A stretch of 60,490 nt of DNA from Acidobacteriota bacterium. Lineage in GTDB: Bacteria > Acidobacteriota > Vicinamibacteria > Vicinamibacterales > JAMQPK01. The translations under genes were made by a program, and so were the position numbers. The stretch spans positions 1 to 60,490 of the forward strand of contig JANNJO010000428.1 in assembly GCA_031395755.1 (NCBI GenBank), given 5' to 3'. This document shows, piece by piece, positions 17,338 through 27,032 of this stretch. Positions within the stretch are counted from its first letter, which is position 1. Each line of letters opens with the position of its first letter. The notes under the pieces are model-generated. The model saw nothing but the letters and a program-made list of their open reading frames with translations, did no database searches and was not told the DNA's origin.

Positions 17338-18429
17338 GTGCCAGCCTTTGAGACCCTCGACCCCGAATTGCGGGGCGTCCTCGGCAAGCGGATCCGCGAG
17401 CTGGGGCTGCGCCTCGAGGGATCGCCTGTCGAGCCGTACGTGCGCCAGCTCTACAAGGAGCTCGAGCGGCGCGGCATGCACAAGTTCCGGCCCGTCTGCT
17501 ATCTCACCGACGAGTGGGGGTGTCCCGACATGCAGCCGGTGCTCGGCATCCCGTTTTATCTGGCCGACCCGAACCTCGGCAAGCTGGAGCGCGCCATCGA
17601 TGATCTCGAGGATGGCCGGGAGATCATGCGCTACATGCGGCACGAGGCCGGGCACGTCTTCAACTACGCGTACCGCCTCTACACGCGCCCGGACTGGCGC
17701 GCGACCTTCGGCCCGTTCGACCGGCCGTATCGTGACAAATACCGGCCCATCCCGTTCAGCCGCAACTACGTGCGCCACATGGAAGGGTGGTACGCGCAGA
17801 AGCACCCCGACGAGGACTTTGCGGAAACCTTCGCGGTGTGGCTGACTCCCGGAAGCGCGTGGCGCCGCCGATATAAAGGCTGGCCGGCGATGCGCAAGCT
17901 CCGATACGTGGATCGGATGGCGCGCGCCTTCGGCGATCAGGAGCCGATCGTGCGGACCGGTGAGGTCGACATCACCGTCGATGACATGCGACTGACGGTC
18001 GAGGAGTTCTACCGCCGCGCCGAAAAAGAGCGCGACATGCGGATTGATCTGGCCATGGACGGGCACTTATCCGAGATTTTCCTCACAAGAAAGCCGCGCG
18101 AGGGGCGCCTGGCGGCCACCATCGTCACGAAATACCGCCGCGAGCTGATCGACAAGATCACGTACTGGACCGGCGTAAGACGGCCCGTGGTCCGCGGCCT
18201 GGTCGAGGCAATCTGCAAGAACTGCGAGCGCCTGAAGCTCTGGGGAGAGATCGGCCGCGAGCCGGTCTACCTGGTCGAGCTGACCGCGTTCGGCACGACG
18301 CTGGCGATGAATTTCCTGACTCGTGGTACCTTCACGGGGGACACGGGGAGGAAAACAAAAGTTGAAGGTAAAAAGTCTAAAGTAGCAAATAAGTCGACAG
18401 TCGACAGTCCAAAGACCGCGGCGACCTGA
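17338..18429 (+). CDS. putative zinc metallopeptidase (HExxH; Peptidase_Mx-like)
   Basis: ORF 17284-18429 (TTG 17284 or GTG 17338). HEAGH motif in MRHEAGHVFNY, with a conserved DEDFAETFA downstream. The last ~25 aa are AT-rich, low-complexity and repeat-derived. Confidence 0.65.
   Translation: MPAFETLDPELRGVLGKRIRELGLRLEGSPVEPYVRQLYKELERRGMHKFRPVCYLTDEWGCPDMQPVLGIPFYLADPNLGKLERAIDDLEDGREIMRYMRHEAGHVFNYAYRLYTRPDWRATFGPFDRPYRDKYRPIPFSRNYVRHMEGWYAQKHPDEDFAETFAVWLTPGSAWRRRYKGWPAMRKLRYVDRMARAFGDQEPIVRTGEVDITVDDMRLTVEEFYRRAEKERDMRIDLAMDGHLSEIFLTRKPREGRLAATIVTKYRRELIDKITYWTGVRRPVVRGLVEAICKNCERLKLWGEIGREPVYLVELTAFGTTLAMNFLTRGTFTGDTGRKTKVEGKKSKVANKSTVDSPKTAAT
18392..18408. repeat. family-1 heptamer words inside a CDS tail (locus B)
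   Basis: AGTCGACAGTCGACAGT is identical to 15521-15537. Confidence 0.8.
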
Positions 18430-19454
18430 TGGCAGGAAAATTAAAACTCGTTGTCCTTTACGATCGGTGGGAGCCTGAGGACGAAGCCTCCGGCTCGAAC
18501 GGCAAATCGCCGCTCGTCCGCACGCTCGACAAGAAGGAAGTCGAGGACGAGGTCGTCGACGCGCTCACCAAGCTCGGCCACGAGCCGGCGCTTCACCAGC
18601 TGGACGGCTCCCTGAAGAGCCTCCACGCGCTCGCCAAGCTCGACTGCGATCTCATCTTCAACCTCAGCGAATCGTTCGCGGGCAACGACACCGCCGACTA
18701 CAACATCGCGGCGTATCTCGAGCTCATCGGCAAGAACTTCACGGGCGCCGGCAGCCATGGGCTGATGCTCGCGCAGGACAAGAGCGTCGCCAAGAAGATT
18801 TTCGCGTTCCATGGCATCGCCACGCCCATCTTCGCGCGGTCGTTCCGCGGCCGCCTGGCGTTTTCCGACGAGCTCCAGTTTCCGGTCATCGTGAAGCCGA
18901 TGCGCGAGGACGGCTCGATTGGCATCGAATTCAAAGCCGTCGTGTCGTCCATCAAGGAGCTGATGGAGCGCATCGACTGGCTCCACGAGCAGTTCGACTC
19001 GCCAATTCTGATCGAGGAGTACGTCGAAGGACGCGAGATGTACGTCGGCGTGCTCGGCAACGAGACGCCCGAGGCCCTGCCGGTCATCGAGCTCGACTTG
19101 TCGAAGCTGCCGGAAGGCACGCCCAGGATCGCGGCGGCCGAAGTGAAGTGGGGGAAGGGCACGAAGGCCTACCGCGACACAAAATCGATCGTGCCGACCA
19201 ACCTGTCGGAGGAGACCGCGGGCCTTCTGCAGTCGACCGCCATCTCCGCGTACCAGGCGCTGGAGCTGCGCGATTACGGACGCGTCGACATGCGCCTGAA
19301 GCCGGACGGCACGGTCGCCGTCATCGAAGTGAATCCCAACCCCTGGCTCAACTCGCGCGCCGAGCTGGCGCAGGCGGCGCGAAAGGCGGGCCGCACGTAC
19401 AACCAGTTGATCGAAGAAATCGTCAGCATGGCCATGGCGAGATACTCGCGATGA
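18429..19454 (+). CDS. ATP-grasp ligase, D-alanine--D-alanine-ligase family
   Basis: 341 aa. The start overlaps the upstream stop (TGATG). ATP-grasp pattern (VIVKPMREDGSIGI, EEYVEGREM, RVDMRL...IEVNPNP). Confidence 0.85.
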   Translation: MAGKLKLVVLYDRWEPEDEASGSNGKSPLVRTLDKKEVEDEVVDALTKLGHEPALHQLDGSLKSLHALAKLDCDLIFNLSESFAGNDTADYNIAAYLELIGKNFTGAGSHGLMLAQDKSVAKKIFAFHGIATPIFARSFRGRLAFSDELQFPVIVKPMREDGSIGIEFKAVVSSIKELMERIDWLHEQFDSPILIEEYVEGREMYVGVLGNETPEALPVIELDLSKLPEGTPRIAAAEVKWGKGTKAYRDTKSIVPTNLSEETAGLLQSTAISAYQALELRDYGRVDMRLKPDGTVAVIEVNPNPWLNSRAELAQAARKAGRTYNQLIEEIVSMAMARYSR

Positions 19455-19663
19455 AAGGGGACCATCACGTGCTGTGGGAAGTCTCGGGCGATGAGGCGAC
19501 CACGTCGTGCGTCATGGTGAGCTGCTGCGGCGGCGCCGAGCTCCAGATCGTGCGCGCGCGGCACGGCGACGAGGAGATCGTCCTCCGCGAGCTGTATCCC
19601 GATCGCTCGTCGGTCTATGAGCGGGCTCGCGAGCTGCAGGCCGAGTGGTCCCCTCAATTCTGA
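19451..19663 (+). CDS. small hypothetical protein (70 aa), translationally coupled to the ATP-grasp gene
   Basis: ATG 19451 overlaps the TGA at 19452-19454 (ATGA). Reads MKGDHHVLWEVSGDEATTSCVMVSCCGGAELQIVRARHGDEEIVLRELYPDRSSVYERARELQAEWSPQF. Codon usage looks coding, but no family is recognised. Confidence 0.4.
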   Translation: MKGDHHVLWEVSGDEATTSCVMVSCCGGAELQIVRARHGDEEIVLRELYPDRSSVYERARELQAEWSPQF

Positions 19664-19732
19664 AAGACGCGTTCGTCCCCGGAACTCCGGTCTTCTTTCT
19701 GTTGGCCGCCACCGTTGGAACGCTCCTGCTGT

Positions 19733-19759
19733 ACAGAAGAACATCTCCTGATCTTCTGT
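19733..19759 (-). terminator. hairpin at the 3' end of the PhoR-like gene
   Basis: ACAGAAGA (19733-19740) pairs with TCTTCTGT (19752-19759) around an 11-nt loop that contains the family-2 word (ATCTCCTGA). It overlaps the stop codon. There is no clear U-tract. Confidence 0.3.
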
Positions 19760-20967
19760 CACCGGGTATTCGATTTCTTGCTCTGATGCGGCAGTGAGAT
19801 GGTGAAGATCGCGCCGCCGTCCCTGCGATTTTCGGCGTGGACGCGGCCGCCGTGCAGCTCGACCAGGTGGCGCACGATCGAGAGCCCGAGGCCCGTCCCG
19901 CCCGGATCGCGCGTGCGCGATTTGTCAACCCGGTAGAAACGCTCGAAGACGCGCCCGAGGTCCGCCTGCGGAAGCCCGGGACCGTAATCGCCCACCGTCA
20001 GCAGCACACGGCCGTCCTCGACGCGGGCGCCGAGCTCGATGCGCCCCCCTTCGGCCGAGTAGTTCACGGCGTTCTCGATCAGATTGCGCAGCGCGTCGTG
20101 CAGCTTGGTCGGATCGGCGTCGATCACGGCGGCCGCCGCGTCGACCGAGACGTCGACGCGAACTTTCTGTTTTTCGATCCGTTCCGACAGATCCACAGAC
20201 ACCGATCGGAAGAGCGCGCCGATCTCAATCGCGTGCGGTTCGGCGATCTCCTGCTGCGCGTCCAGACGCGCCAGCCTCAGCAGATCGCGAACGAGGCGCT
20301 CCATCCGTCCGGTGTGGCGGTCGATGACCTCGAGAAACTTCTTCCGCTGCGTGGGATCGATCGGCTCCTCCATCAGCGCCTCGACGTACCCGCGCACGGC
20401 CGTGAGCGGCGTCCGCAGCTCGTGGGAGACATTCGCGACGAAATCGCGCCGCACGCGGTCCACTCTCCGCAGATCGCTGATGTCGTGGAGCACCAGGACG
20501 GCGCCTCCGCCGGAGGCGCTGGCGGGGGTCGCCTGCGCCCTGAAGATGCGAGGGCCTCCGGTTCCACCGCCTCCCGCATCCAGCGGCACTTCGATCGGCG
20601 GGCGATGCTCGCCCTTCAGTGCGGCGCCCAGTTGCTGCACGACTCCGGGCTGACGCACGGCCTCGACGTAGTGGCGCCCGAGCAGATCGGTCTCGAGGTT
20701 CAGCATCTGGCGCGCGGCATCGTTCACGAGCCGGAGGCGGCCCTCGCCGTCGACGACGAGCACCCCCTCCACCATGCCCGAGAGGAGGGCGGCCATACGG
20801 GTGCGATCGGTTTCGAGCTCGTTTAAGCGCGCCGCGGCCTGGTTCGCCGCGTTGCTCGATCGGGCCTCGATCTCGTGCACGCGCCGCCGGGCGATCGCCC
20901 CGCCGGCCCAGGCGCCGGCGAGCCCCGCCAGCGCAATCAGCGCAAGGGTGACAAGATCGAAGGGCAT
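19759..20967 (-). CDS. sensor histidine kinase, PhoR-like (TM, PAS, HisKA, HATPase)
   Basis: 402 aa with H-box [14 protein letters not shown] and a G-box [10 protein letters not shown]. It lies directly downstream of an OmpR-family regulator. Confidence 0.8.
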   Translation of the reverse strand: MPFDLVTLALIALAGLAGAWAGGAIARRRVHEIEARSSNAANQAAARLNELETDRTRMAALLSGMVEGVLVVDGEGRLRLVNDAARQMLNLETDLLGRHYVEAVRQPGVVQQLGAALKGEHRPPIEVPLDAGGGGTGGPRIFRAQATPASASGGGAVLVLHDISDLRRVDRVRRDFVANVSHELRTPLTAVRGYVEALMEEPIDPTQRKKFLEVIDRHTGRMERLVRDLLRLARLDAQQEIAEPHAIEIGALFRSVSVDLSERIEKQKVRVDVSVDAAAAVIDADPTKLHDALRNLIENAVNYSAEGGRIELGARVEDGRVLLTVGDYGPGLPQADLGRVFERFYRVDKSRTRDPGGTGLGLSIVRHLVELHGGRVHAENRRDGGAIFTISLPHQSKKSNTR

Positions 20968-20970
20968 GTC

Positions 20971-21651
20971 TTACGGCTCGATGAGCTTGTAGCCGAACTG
21001 TTGGACGGTGACCAGCGCCTGCTCGAGGAAGGGGAGCTTTTCTCTCAGACGCCTTACGTGTACATCGACCGTGCGGGTGGCGCCGGGATACTGATAGTCC
21101 CACACGTCTGAGAGCAGCCGGTCGCGTGAGAGCACGCGGCCCCGGTGCTCGAGCAGGTACTGAAGCAGGAGAAACTCCTTCGCCGTCAAGCGCACGGCGT
21201 TGCCCTCATCCGAGACCGTGTGGCGCTCGACGTCGACCGTGATCGGTCCGCAGCGAAGCACGCGCTCTGTGATCGCTGGCGGCGCGGTGCGCCGCAGGAG
21301 CGCACGGACGCGCGCCATCAGCTCGTTGGGGCTGAAGGGCTTCACCACATAGTCGTCCGCGCCCACGTCGAGACCGAGAATCCGCTCAGACTCTTCGCCG
21401 CGCGCCGTCAGCATGATGATAGGCAGGCCCGCCGTGCCGTTGTCCGCGCGCAGCGCCTTGCAGACCTCCAGCCCGCTCAGGCCGGGAAGCATGAGATCAA
21501 GGATAACGAGATCTGGTCGGGTGTCCCGGGCCTGCGTCAGCGCCCGGCCGCCGTCCGTGATCGTTTCGGCGGTGTATCCCGCCTTCTCGAGATAGTGGGC
21601 GATGAGGGCGGCAATGTCGCCATCGTCCTCCACGATCAGCACGCGCGGCAT
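20971..21651 (-). CDS. OmpR/PhoB-family response regulator
   Basis: 226 aa with a REC domain (DLVILDLMLPG) and a winged-helix C-terminus. Confidence 0.9.
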   Translation of the reverse strand: MPRVLIVEDDGDIAALIAHYLEKAGYTAETITDGGRALTQARDTRPDLVILDLMLPGLSGLEVCKALRADNGTAGLPIIMLTARGEESERILGLDVGADDYVVKPFSPNELMARVRALLRRTAPPAITERVLRCGPITVDVERHTVSDEGNAVRLTAKEFLLLQYLLEHRGRVLSRDRLLSDVWDYQYPGATRTVDVHVRRLREKLPFLEQALVTVQQFGYKLIEP

Positions 21652-21738
21652 GAGTACCGGGCAGTATAGCTGACCGCCTTGTCAGGGATCGTCTGACAGC
21701 CTCCCCTCCATGTCTGCACAAAAAGGCGTTAGAAGCCT

Positions 21739-23838
21739 ATGGGGGAACGAGACTTCGGCCGAAAGAGAGGTGAGATGGGCTGGCTTGCGCTCGGCGTCGC
21801 GTATTCAATTATTTATGCCGTGATCGGCGCCTTCCTCAGGCCCTTTCCCGAGCTTGTGCCCTGGTTCCGCATCATTGCCCTGCTGCTTCCGCCGCTGGCG
21901 GGCGTCGCCGTCATCCTTCGGCGCCGTCATGCCTGGGCCGGATGCCAGTGGCTGTTCTGGGCCACCCTTGCGCTCGGGCTGCTGATGTCGGGCATCAGCG
22001 TGGTCGGCTGGTCGGTCGACGAGATGCTCCTCGGTGTGAGCACGTCGTGGCTGGGATGGCACGCGGTCTTCGCGCTCTTCGGCGGAGTCGCGCCGCTGCT
22101 GGCGCTGCTCTCCCAGCCCCATCGCGGCGTGCGCGAAAAAGTCACGGCCACTATCGCGGTCGACATCGCCGGCATCGCGGTGCTGACCGGCTTCCTCTAT
22201 TCGCATTTCGTGGTCGCATCTGATCCGGGCGCGGTGATGCAGGGGGCGTCGGGATCGCTGATGCTTCTCTCGGAGCTGCAGCAGTTTCTCGCGTGCGTCG
22301 GCATGATTATCGCGGCGATCTTTTCACCGGATCCTGCCTGGAAGCAAGTATACCGGCGTCTGGCCATCGGGCTGTCGGTGTCGTTCGTCACGCTGACGCT
22401 CGGCAACGCCGAGATCTGGCAGGGGTTTTATCAATCCGCGTCGCTCGGCGACGTCATGTGGATCCTGCCGTTCGCCTTCTACCCGTGGGCGGCGTCTGAG
22501 GCCCCGAAGTCGGCCATTTCGGCGATCGAAGCCGACGAAGCCAATCCCGCGACCTCGCGCCCCTGGGTGATATTCGGCGGTCTCGCGCTCCTGCCGGTCA
22601 TCGACTACGGGCTCCGGCTCGCCGCTCCGGCCGGGCCCGCCGACACGTTCCAGGATCTCTCGATGGCTGTCGCGATCGTGTCGGTGTTGCCGCTGCTGAT
22701 GGCGCGGCTGGCTGTGGAGCGCGCTGAGCTGCGGCAGGTCGATGCGAAGCTGCGGCTCATGGGCGCCGCGGTCGAAGAAGCCAACGAGCTGATCGTCATC
22801 GTGTCGCGCGACGGGCGCATCAGGCACGCCAACCGCGCGTTCTGCAAAGCGGTTGGATACGAGCTGGCAGATCTGCTCGATAAACCGCGCGAGTCCGTCA
22901 TCGCGGAGGAATCGCTGTTGAAGCTGGAAGACCTGAAGAAGGTCACACAGGGACAGGCGTGGAACGGTACGCTGGTCCATCAGCGCAGCGACGGGTCCAC
23001 GTTCCAGGCGGCCTGCGCGATTGTTCCGCTTACCAACGACCGGGGACAGACAACCCACTTCGTGCACATGGAACGCGACATCACTGAAGAGCTTCGCCTG
23101 CGCGGCCAGTTGATCCACAGCGAGCGGCTTTCGGCAGTCGGGCAGCTGGTGTCAGGCGTCGCCCACGAGCTGAACAACCCGCTGCAGTCAATCCTCGGCT
23201 TCACGGAGCTGCTGATTGACGCCGAAGACCGGCCGGAGCCGCGCCGCGACCTCGAGCAGGTGCGATCGGAAGCCATCCGCGCGGGAAAAATCGTGCGAAA
23301 CCTGCTGGCATTCGTCCGGCGCTCGTCGTCCGAGCGCACGACTGTGAGCGTCAACGACATCGTGAAGACGACCATCTCGCTGCGCTCGTACGAGTTCGGC
23401 ACGGCGAACATCCGGCTGTTCGAAAGTTATGCCGAAGGGTTGCCGGCGGTCCTCGCTAACCCGGAAGAAATTCAGCAGGTCATCCTCAACCTGATTCTCA
23501 ACGGCGAGCAGGCGATGCGCGGGGCGCATCGCGGCGGAACGTTGACCGTCACGACGAACTGCGCTCACGGCATGGTCACGATTGAGATTCAGGACGATGG
23601 GCCTGGAGTGCCGGTGGCGCTGGCGGGACGGGTGTTCGAGCCGTTCTTCTCGACCAAGGAAGTCGGCGAAGGCACCGGCCTTGGCCTGTCGATCGGGATG
23701 GGCATTGCCGAAGCGCATGGCGGCACGCTGGCGCTGGTTCCCACGCAAAAGGGTGCGTGTTTTCGCCTGTCGATTCCGGCCGTCGAGACCGTCCATGGCC
23801 TTCCGGTCCCCAGCCTCGTAAGCGCCACCCGCCAGTGA
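21739..23838 (+). CDS. membrane-bound PAS sensor histidine kinase
   Basis: 699 aa with a multi-TM N-terminus, a PAS domain, H-box VAHELNNPL and an HATPase_c domain (GTGLGLSIG). ATG 21775 is an alternative start. Confidence 0.8.
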   Translation: MGERDFGRKRGEMGWLALGVAYSIIYAVIGAFLRPFPELVPWFRIIALLLPPLAGVAVILRRRHAWAGCQWLFWATLALGLLMSGISVVGWSVDEMLLGVSTSWLGWHAVFALFGGVAPLLALLSQPHRGVREKVTATIAVDIAGIAVLTGFLYSHFVVASDPGAVMQGASGSLMLLSELQQFLACVGMIIAAIFSPDPAWKQVYRRLAIGLSVSFVTLTLGNAEIWQGFYQSASLGDVMWILPFAFYPWAASEAPKSAISAIEADEANPATSRPWVIFGGLALLPVIDYGLRLAAPAGPADTFQDLSMAVAIVSVLPLLMARLAVERAELRQVDAKLRLMGAAVEEANELIVIVSRDGRIRHANRAFCKAVGYELADLLDKPRESVIAEESLLKLEDLKKVTQGQAWNGTLVHQRSDGSTFQAACAIVPLTNDRGQTTHFVHMERDITEELRLRGQLIHSERLSAVGQLVSGVAHELNNPLQSILGFTELLIDAEDRPEPRRDLEQVRSEAIRAGKIVRNLLAFVRRSSSERTTVSVNDIVKTTISLRSYEFGTANIRLFESYAEGLPAVLANPEEIQQVILNLILNGEQAMRGAHRGGTLTVTTNCAHGMVTIEIQDDGPGVPVALAGRVFEPFFSTKEVGEGTGLGLSIGMGIAEAHGGTLALVPTQKGACFRLSIPAVETVHGLPVPSLVSATRQ

Positions 23839-23946
23839 GCGGGCACGCGGCCGTCGGTCGCGGCGATCGACGTGCGACGGGCGAAACCCTCTGGACCTAT
23901 CGCCTCGATGAAGGTGCGTGGCGACATGGCTCCGCGCGGTCTTCGA

Positions 23947-26583
23947 TCAGTGTTTCGCGGGGATATTGGACGGCGCGGCCAGCGTTTCGCGGATCTTATT
24001 GGCAAGGGCGTCGACGGAGAAGGGCTTCTGAATGAAGTGCGCGGTGGCCTTCTTCACGCCGTGGCGAAGAATCGCGTCGTCTGAGTAACCCGACATGTAA
24101 AGCACGCGGGTGTCCGGGCGCACGGCGGTGAGGCGCTCCGAGAGCAGTCGGCCGCTCAGACCGGGCATGACGACATCGGTCAGCAGCAGATGGATTCGGC
24201 CGCGATGGCGCGCCGCGATCTCCATAGCCTGATCGCCCGCCGACGCGAGCAGCACGGTGTAGCCGTACTTCCTGAGCATGTTCGCGACCAGCGCGCGTAC
24301 CCGATCGTCGTCTTCGACCAGCAGCACCGTTTCCGTTCCCGTCATCGACGTCAACAATTTCATCGGCGCTGGCTTGCCAAGGTCCACCGCGCGCGGCAGG
24401 TAGATGTAGAACGTGGTGCCGTGCCCCACACGGCTCTGCACTTCGATCGCGCCATTGCTCTGGCTGACGATGCCGTAGACGGTGGCGAGGCCGAGGCCCG
24501 TGCCTTTACTGCCTTCCTTGGTCGTGAAGAACGGCTCAAAGATTTGCGAAGCGGTCTCCGCATCCATGCCGCGGCCGTTGTCGCTGATCGCCATCTCGAC
24601 GTAGTCGCCCGGCTGCAGCCCGGGATGGGCGGCGACGCCGATCTTGTCGAGCTCGACGTTGCGCAGCTCAATCAGGATTCTGCCCCCTCCAGGCATCGCA
24701 TCGCGCGCGTTGATGATGAGATTCACCAGAATCTGCTCGATTTGCGTGCGGTCGGCCAGCACCGGCGTCAGGTCTGGCCAGATCTCGGTCGTGATCTGGA
24801 TGTCCGATCCAATCAGGCGCTGCAGCATGTTTCGCATGCTTTCGACGAGCTGATCGAGCTCGATGGCCTGTTGCGTAATCACCTGCCGCCGGCTGAAGGC
24901 CAGCAGCTGCCGCGTCAGGCCGGCTGCGCGGTCAGCCGCCTTGATGATCTCCTCGGCGTCGGCGCGCCTCTCGTCGCCTTCGCTGAGATTCAGGACGAGC
25001 ATTTCCGCGTAGCCGTGAATCGCCATCAGCAAATTGTTGAAGTCGTGCGCCACGCCGCCGGCGAGCCGGCCGATCGCTTCCATCTTCTGCGCCTGGCGGA
25101 GCTGTTCGTCGCGCTGGCGGAGGGTGTCCTGCGATAACTTGCGCTCCATCACGTCGCGGATGACGGCCGTAAACATGGTGCCGCCGGAGCCATGGAGTAC
25201 GGCCAATGAGAACTCGCTGGGAAATGTCCCGCCGTCCTTGCGCAGGGCCGCCACTTCGATGATCCTCCCGAACGTCAAATCGTCGGCGTTCGGCGCCGGC
25301 AGCGCGGCCGCGTACGCCGCGCGATCGGCCTCGGCGATGAGCATCGTCATGGACTGGCCGAGCGCTTCGTGTTCGGAATAGCCGAATGTGGCTTCCGCGC
25401 TTCGGTTCCAGAAGGTGATGTTGCCTTTTTCATCGGTCGAGACGATGGCGTCACGCGCGGATTGCGTGACGGTGGAGAAGCGCTCGTAAGACGCCTTCAA
25501 CCGCTCAGCCTGATCGCGCAAGCTGCGTGTCATGTCGTTGAAGGCCATCGCCATCGTCGTGGCTTCGGCGCTGCCGCGCGCCGGTACGGTCCGTGTCCAG
25601 TCTCCCCCGGCAATGTCGCGCGCTGCAGCAGCCATGTCCATCAGCGGACGGCTGGTGCGGCGGCTGAAGACGAGGCCGCCCGCCAGCGCGAGCGCGAAGC
25701 CGCCGACGCCGGCCAGGAGCAGGGCGTTCCGAAGCTCGTCCACGAACGCTTGCGTCGGCGCCCAGTCCTGGAGGAGCACGAGATGGCCGACGTCGGCCGA
25801 GCGTTGGTCGCGGAAGAGCGGGAACGTGCCCTCGATGAACTCGCGTCCTCCCAGCGTCCGCAGCGCGGACGACACACCGCGCACCTCCGTCAGGCTGCCG
25901 GCCGCCAGCGCCGCGGCCACTTGCTGTTGCTCGGGTCCGCTCAGGCTGCTCCCCGCGAGCAGGCTGCCTGAGACAAAATTGACGTCGGCTCGCGTCACCT
26001 GCGAGAGATCCTGCGCGACGCGATCATTGAGCGGAAACCCGAACGTCACGGTGCCGAGCAGTTCCGCTTCTGCGAACGTCGCCGGCTCGGAGGTGACGAG
26101 AAACAGGTTGCCCTCGACCGGCACGATGTCGCGCCGCGACTCTCCGGCCATGGCGCCGCGAATCGCGCGCTGCAGCCCCGGCGGCAGCGCGAGGTTCGGC
26201 GGCCAACCCGGCATGGCCGTCGGTGTGCCCGCGGGGTCCGTGAGAATCGAGAACTGCGCGCGGAGATCCTGCCTGTAGCTGTCCGCGAGCTGCGTCAGTG
26301 TCGCCACGTCGCCGGCGATCATCGGATTGATCATGGCGGAACGGAAGACGGGAAGCGCGATGATGAGGCGCGTCTGCTGTGCGGCAAACGACGCGCGATC
26401 GTCGACGAGCCTGTAGAAGGCGGACCGGGCGTCTTCGAGGTTATCCGCCGCGCGCGCCACGGCGCTCCTCGTCGCCACGCGAGTCGCGGTCACGATCACG
26501 GCGGAGAGCGCCAGCGCGACGAGGAGAAGCACACCCGCGGCCACGCGGGCTTCCATGCGGCGGTGCCACCTGAGCTGGGCCAT
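23947..26583 (-). CDS. hybrid sensor histidine kinase / response regulator (TM sensor, HAMP, PAS, HisKA, HATPase, REC)
   Basis: Part of ORF 23947-26835. ATG 26583 gives [27 protein letters not shown] (TM1). H-box VAHDFNNLL and a C-terminal REC domain ([11 protein letters not shown]). Confidence 0.85.
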   Translation of the reverse strand: MAQLRWHRRMEARVAAGVLLLVALALSAVIVTATRVATRSAVARAADNLEDARSAFYRLVDDRASFAAQQTRLIIALPVFRSAMINPMIAGDVATLTQLADSYRQDLRAQFSILTDPAGTPTAMPGWPPNLALPPGLQRAIRGAMAGESRRDIVPVEGNLFLVTSEPATFAEAELLGTVTFGFPLNDRVAQDLSQVTRADVNFVSGSLLAGSSLSGPEQQQVAAALAAGSLTEVRGVSSALRTLGGREFIEGTFPLFRDQRSADVGHLVLLQDWAPTQAFVDELRNALLLAGVGGFALALAGGLVFSRRTSRPLMDMAAAARDIAGGDWTRTVPARGSAEATTMAMAFNDMTRSLRDQAERLKASYERFSTVTQSARDAIVSTDEKGNITFWNRSAEATFGYSEHEALGQSMTMLIAEADRAAYAAALPAPNADDLTFGRIIEVAALRKDGGTFPSEFSLAVLHGSGGTMFTAVIRDVMERKLSQDTLRQRDEQLRQAQKMEAIGRLAGGVAHDFNNLLMAIHGYAEMLVLNLSEGDERRADAEEIIKAADRAAGLTRQLLAFSRRQVITQQAIELDQLVESMRNMLQRLIGSDIQITTEIWPDLTPVLADRTQIEQILVNLIINARDAMPGGGRILIELRNVELDKIGVAAHPGLQPGDYVEMAISDNGRGMDAETASQIFEPFFTTKEGSKGTGLGLATVYGIVSQSNGAIEVQSRVGHGTTFYIYLPRAVDLGKPAPMKLLTSMTGTETVLLVEDDDRVRALVANMLRKYGYTVLLASAGDQAMEIAARHRGRIHLLLTDVVMPGLSGRLLSERLTAVRPDTRVLYMSGYSDDAILRHGVKKATAHFIQKPFSVDALANKIRETLAAPSNIPAKH

Positions 26584-26590
26584 GGTACCT

Positions 26591-26622
26591 GGTGATCTCG
26601 TGACCTTGTGATCTAGCGATCT
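26591..26622. repeat. octamer word array (family 2, reverse orientation), locus L
   Basis: GGTGATCT CGTGACCT TGTGATCT AGCGATCT lies between the kinase start (26583) and the stop of the truncated upstream gene (26621-26623). Confidence 0.85.
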
Positions 26623-26965
26623 ACTCGTAATGAGTATGTCGCGCTGAAGTCGAGCGAGTGTTTCCATCCCGGAACGAGAAGACGTTGTGAAACACCTTGT
26701 CGTTGTTCGGGAAGTCGACGGTCGTGCCGACTCGAACCACCAGGACGCCAGGCACGAAGCTGAGATTGCGCTGGTCGATGACGACCTTCGTGGTCTGCAC
26801 GAAGGCGAACGGACGCTCGACCTCCAGCCAGACAACGGCCTGCCCCGCAGGCTTTCCGGACGACTGAACCGTCCCGGTCAGGTCGGCGGCCAGAGCGGCT
26901 CCGGGCGTGAGGCACGTCAGCCCAATCGTGCCAATCGCCACAATAATGATGGCAAAGCGCTGCAT
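26621..26965 (-). pseudogene. cupredoxin-fold (plastocyanin-like) secreted protein, apparently C-terminally truncated
   Basis: From ATG 26965: MQRFAIIIVAIGTIGL...VGTTVDFPNNDKVFHNVFSF. The sequence then diverges and stops. As I recall the family, it continues with FDLGLY...CNIHxxM (Cu ligands), which are absent here. Confidence 0.45.
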
Positions 26966-27032
26966 GGCTGGCTTATCGGATCGAACGGGGGGTAGAATTA
27001 CCGCTCCGCGGGCCATTGTGAAGGAGGTTGGG

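Noticed and set aside
19290-19310. The peptide MRLKPDG in the ATP-grasp gene as another REP-like copy.
   Set aside because: The DNA (CGCCTGAAGCCGGACGGC) lacks the complementary GGTCCGGC arm and the GGTGGGG lead-in. The similarity is only at the peptide level.
21680-21705. The inverted repeat TTGTCAG-N7-CTGACAG between the PhoB-like gene and the kinase gene as a Pho box.
   Set aside because: Pho boxes are direct repeats of CTGTCAT-like heptamers at 11-nt spacing, whereas this is an inverted repeat with different spacing. It is noted only as a possible, unassigned operator.
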